Shown here: positions 5,796-7,181 of the stretch, piece after piece
Layout of the letters: every line of letters begins with the position of its first letter
How positions within the stretch are numbered: the first letter of the stretch is position 1
Assembly (NCBI GenBank): GCA_016840425.1
Contig: JAEOSI010000117.1
Location: 1-7,181, forward strand
Origin: Candidatus Wukongarchaeum yapensis
Lineage (GTDB): Archaea > Asgardarchaeota > Wukongarchaeia > Wukongarchaeales > Wukongarchaeaceae
DNA: 7,181 bases
Direction of reading: 5' to 3'
Program-made: the position numbers and the translations under genes
The notes under the pieces: model-generated
What the model saw: the letters and a program-made list of their open reading frames with translations, nothing else
Database searches by the model: none
What the model was told of the DNA's origin: nothing

Positions 5796-7058
5796 ATGTC
5801 TGTTATGAAGTTACGTTCAGTAAGTTTTAGACCCCTTTCCGTTAAAACGGTCCTCAGAGATATGAAAGATCTAGCTTTAATGATGGTCGACTTGGCTTAT
5901 TCTGCGGTCTTGTTCGGTGAAGACGATCTAGCCGAAGAAGTAAGAAACCTTGAAGAATTAGTAGATTATCTCGGCTATCAATTAACCATTAATGCTTTTC
6001 TAGCCGTAAGAGACGCTAAAGACGCTGAAGAAACCCTCGTACTCCAATACGTAGCCACAGCCACTAACAAAATTTCAGACCAAGCAGCCGATATAGCCTA
6101 TATCGTCTCCCGAAAGCTAGGCGTACATAAAGCCATCCAAGATGCTTTTAGTAACCTCGTAGAAGAAAGAGTCACACGAGCCCTCATCCAATCTACCTCC
6201 ATCTTTACCGACAAGTCCCTTGAAAAGCTTGATATTACACCACGTATAGGCGTTGATGTTATCGCAATTAAACGTGATAACAAATGGTTTCTTGATCCCC
6301 AGCCAAACTTTGTGTTGAAAAAAGGCGACGTACTGTTAGTCCGCGGCGGTAAATCCGGAACAGAAGTTTTCAGAAACCTCGCAAACGGCCAAATTAAGTC
6401 ACTAGAAGAAGCAGAAAAGATAGTAGATATGCTTGAAGCACCCGAGGCTAAAGTTATAACCCCCACTAAGAAGGTTGAATTTACCGCAATAGAGGAATAT
6501 CTTCGAGAATTAAAAGACACTTCTGAACTAATAATAGATCTTGCCTATTCCTCCATTCTATTCAACAGTAAACCCCTAGCCGAAGAAGTAATGGTCTTAG
6601 AAGAGTATATGGACGAACTTCACACTTCTTTCGAGCTTTACATCATCTCACAAGGCCCTGTAAAGAACGAAGAAGACGCGAAAAAACGTCTAGGACTAAT
6701 TAGGCTGGGCGTTGCTGCAGAGAATTTAGCTGATGCAGCAGCTCAAATAAGCGAAATAATAATAAGAGGACTCTCACCCCACCCAATCATGGCAAAAATA
6801 CTTGAAGAAACTGATGAAACCTACAAAAGGGTAGAGATCGCTCGAAAATCTCCTCTAAGTGACCAAACATTAAAAGAGCTAGATTTAAAAAACAATCTAG
6901 GCGTTTACGTAATCGCTATCAGACGTGGAAAAGAATGGATCTTCAAGCCTCGCGGAGACACAATTATCCGGCCAAGAGACACATTAATATGCAAATGTTT
7001 TGAAGAGTCTGGGGAAACCTTCGAAAAGATAGCAAGCGGAGAAATCACAGAGTTTTAA
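5796..7058 (+). CDS. Internally duplicated PhoU-like + TrkA-C (RCK_C) domain protein (archaeal COG3273-like family)
   Basis: 420 aa with two homologous halves: MKDLALMMVDLAYSAVLF...LAEEV..LEE...GVDVIAIKR...GDVLLVRG and LKDTSELIIDLAYSSILF...LAEEV..LEE...GVYVIAIRR...RDTLICK. Each half is a PhoU-type helical bundle followed by an RCK_C domain. Confidence 0.85.
   Translation: MSVMKLRSVSFRPLSVKTVLRDMKDLALMMVDLAYSAVLFGEDDLAEEVRNLEELVDYLGYQLTINAFLAVRDAKDAEETLVLQYVATATNKISDQAADIAYIVSRKLGVHKAIQDAFSNLVEERVTRALIQSTSIFTDKSLEKLDITPRIGVDVIAIKRDNKWFLDPQPNFVLKKGDVLLVRGGKSGTEVFRNLANGQIKSLEEAEKIVDMLEAPEAKVITPTKKVEFTAIEEYLRELKDTSELIIDLAYSSILFNSKPLAEEVMVLEEYMDELHTSFELYIISQGPVKNEEDAKKRLGLIRLGVAAENLADAAAQISEIIIRGLSPHPIMAKILEETDETYKRVEIARKSPLSDQTLKELDLKNNLGVYVIAIRRGKEWIFKPRGDTIIRPRDTLICKCFEESGETFEKIASGEITEF
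5841..7043 (+). repeat. Protein-level tandem duplication: unit 1 ~5841-6389 (aa 16-198), unit 2 ~6489-7043 (aa 232-416)
   Basis: Alignable motifs DLAYS, LAEEV, LEExxD, VIAIxR and W-x-x-x-P occur in both halves, separated by a Pro/Lys/Glu-rich linker. Confidence 0.8.
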
Positions 7059-7065
7059 AATTAAG

Positions 7066-7072
7066 AAAAAAA
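7066..7072 (-). terminator. Possible oligo-U terminator of a convergent minus-strand gene
   Basis: T7 run on the minus strand (CTGTCTTTTTTTC) downstream of the putative minus-strand stop at 7129-7131. Confidence 0.25.
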
Positions 7073-7128
7073 GACAGCGTAAAAGAATGTTAAAGTTTAG
7101 AATATTATTTCTCGATACATCTCATATT

Positions 7129-7181
7129 TTAGGTTATGTAGCCTGGTTCTCCGCCTTCTTCAGGTTTTTGTGCTTTTATTT
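7129..7181 (-). CDS. Possible 3' end of a convergent gene (...IKAQKPEEGGEPGYIT*)
   Basis: Open frame from the right edge to TAA at 7131-7129, followed by a T-run. Only 16 codons are visible, and another frame also gives a short open fragment. Confidence 0.3.
   Translation of the reverse strand, partial: IKAQKPEEGGEPGYIT

Noticed and set aside
1831-6520. Minus-strand ORFs in the track (1831-2013, 2525-2779, 3036-3260, 3824-4069, 4228-4428, 4772-4954, 5003-5269, 6098-6520)
   Set aside because: They lie antisense to well-supported genes, are short and often Ser/Phe/Leu-rich as expected for shadow frames, and show no recognisable motifs.
602-7078. 12-bp inverted match GCTGTCTTTTTT at 602-613 (+) and 7067-7078 (-) flanking the whole plus-strand block, as possible mobile-element ends
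   Set aside because: Half of the match is a T-run in AT-rich DNA, it does not extend, and there is no target-site duplication, transposase or integrase. The enclosed genes are metabolic or housekeeping-like.

Overview
AT-rich, almost certainly archaeal window (GGTGA/GGAGG Shine-Dalgarno sites, BRE-TATA promoters, archaeal-type PhoU/TrkA-C protein). The core is a compact hdrA-mvhD-hdrC-hdrB operon encoding a soluble heterodisulfide reductase-type flavin-based electron-bifurcating module. No hydrogenase or formate dehydrogenase partner gene lies in the window. The operon is transcribed divergently from a GcvH/LbpA-like lipoyl-carrier gene. Downstream are two genes that each appear to have their own promoter: an uncharacterised long coiled-coil protein with a C-terminal winged helix, and an internally duplicated (PhoU + TrkA-C)x2 protein. 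Short possible gene fragments lie at both edges. The most interesting signal is the lipoyl carrier beside an HdrABC-MvhD whose HdrB substrate loops and one HdrA Fe-S motif deviate from the methanogen pattern. This suggests, as inference only, a lipoyl-linked rather than CoM-S-S-CoB-linked bifurcating system. No rRNA, tRNA, CRISPR array or mobile element could be supported.
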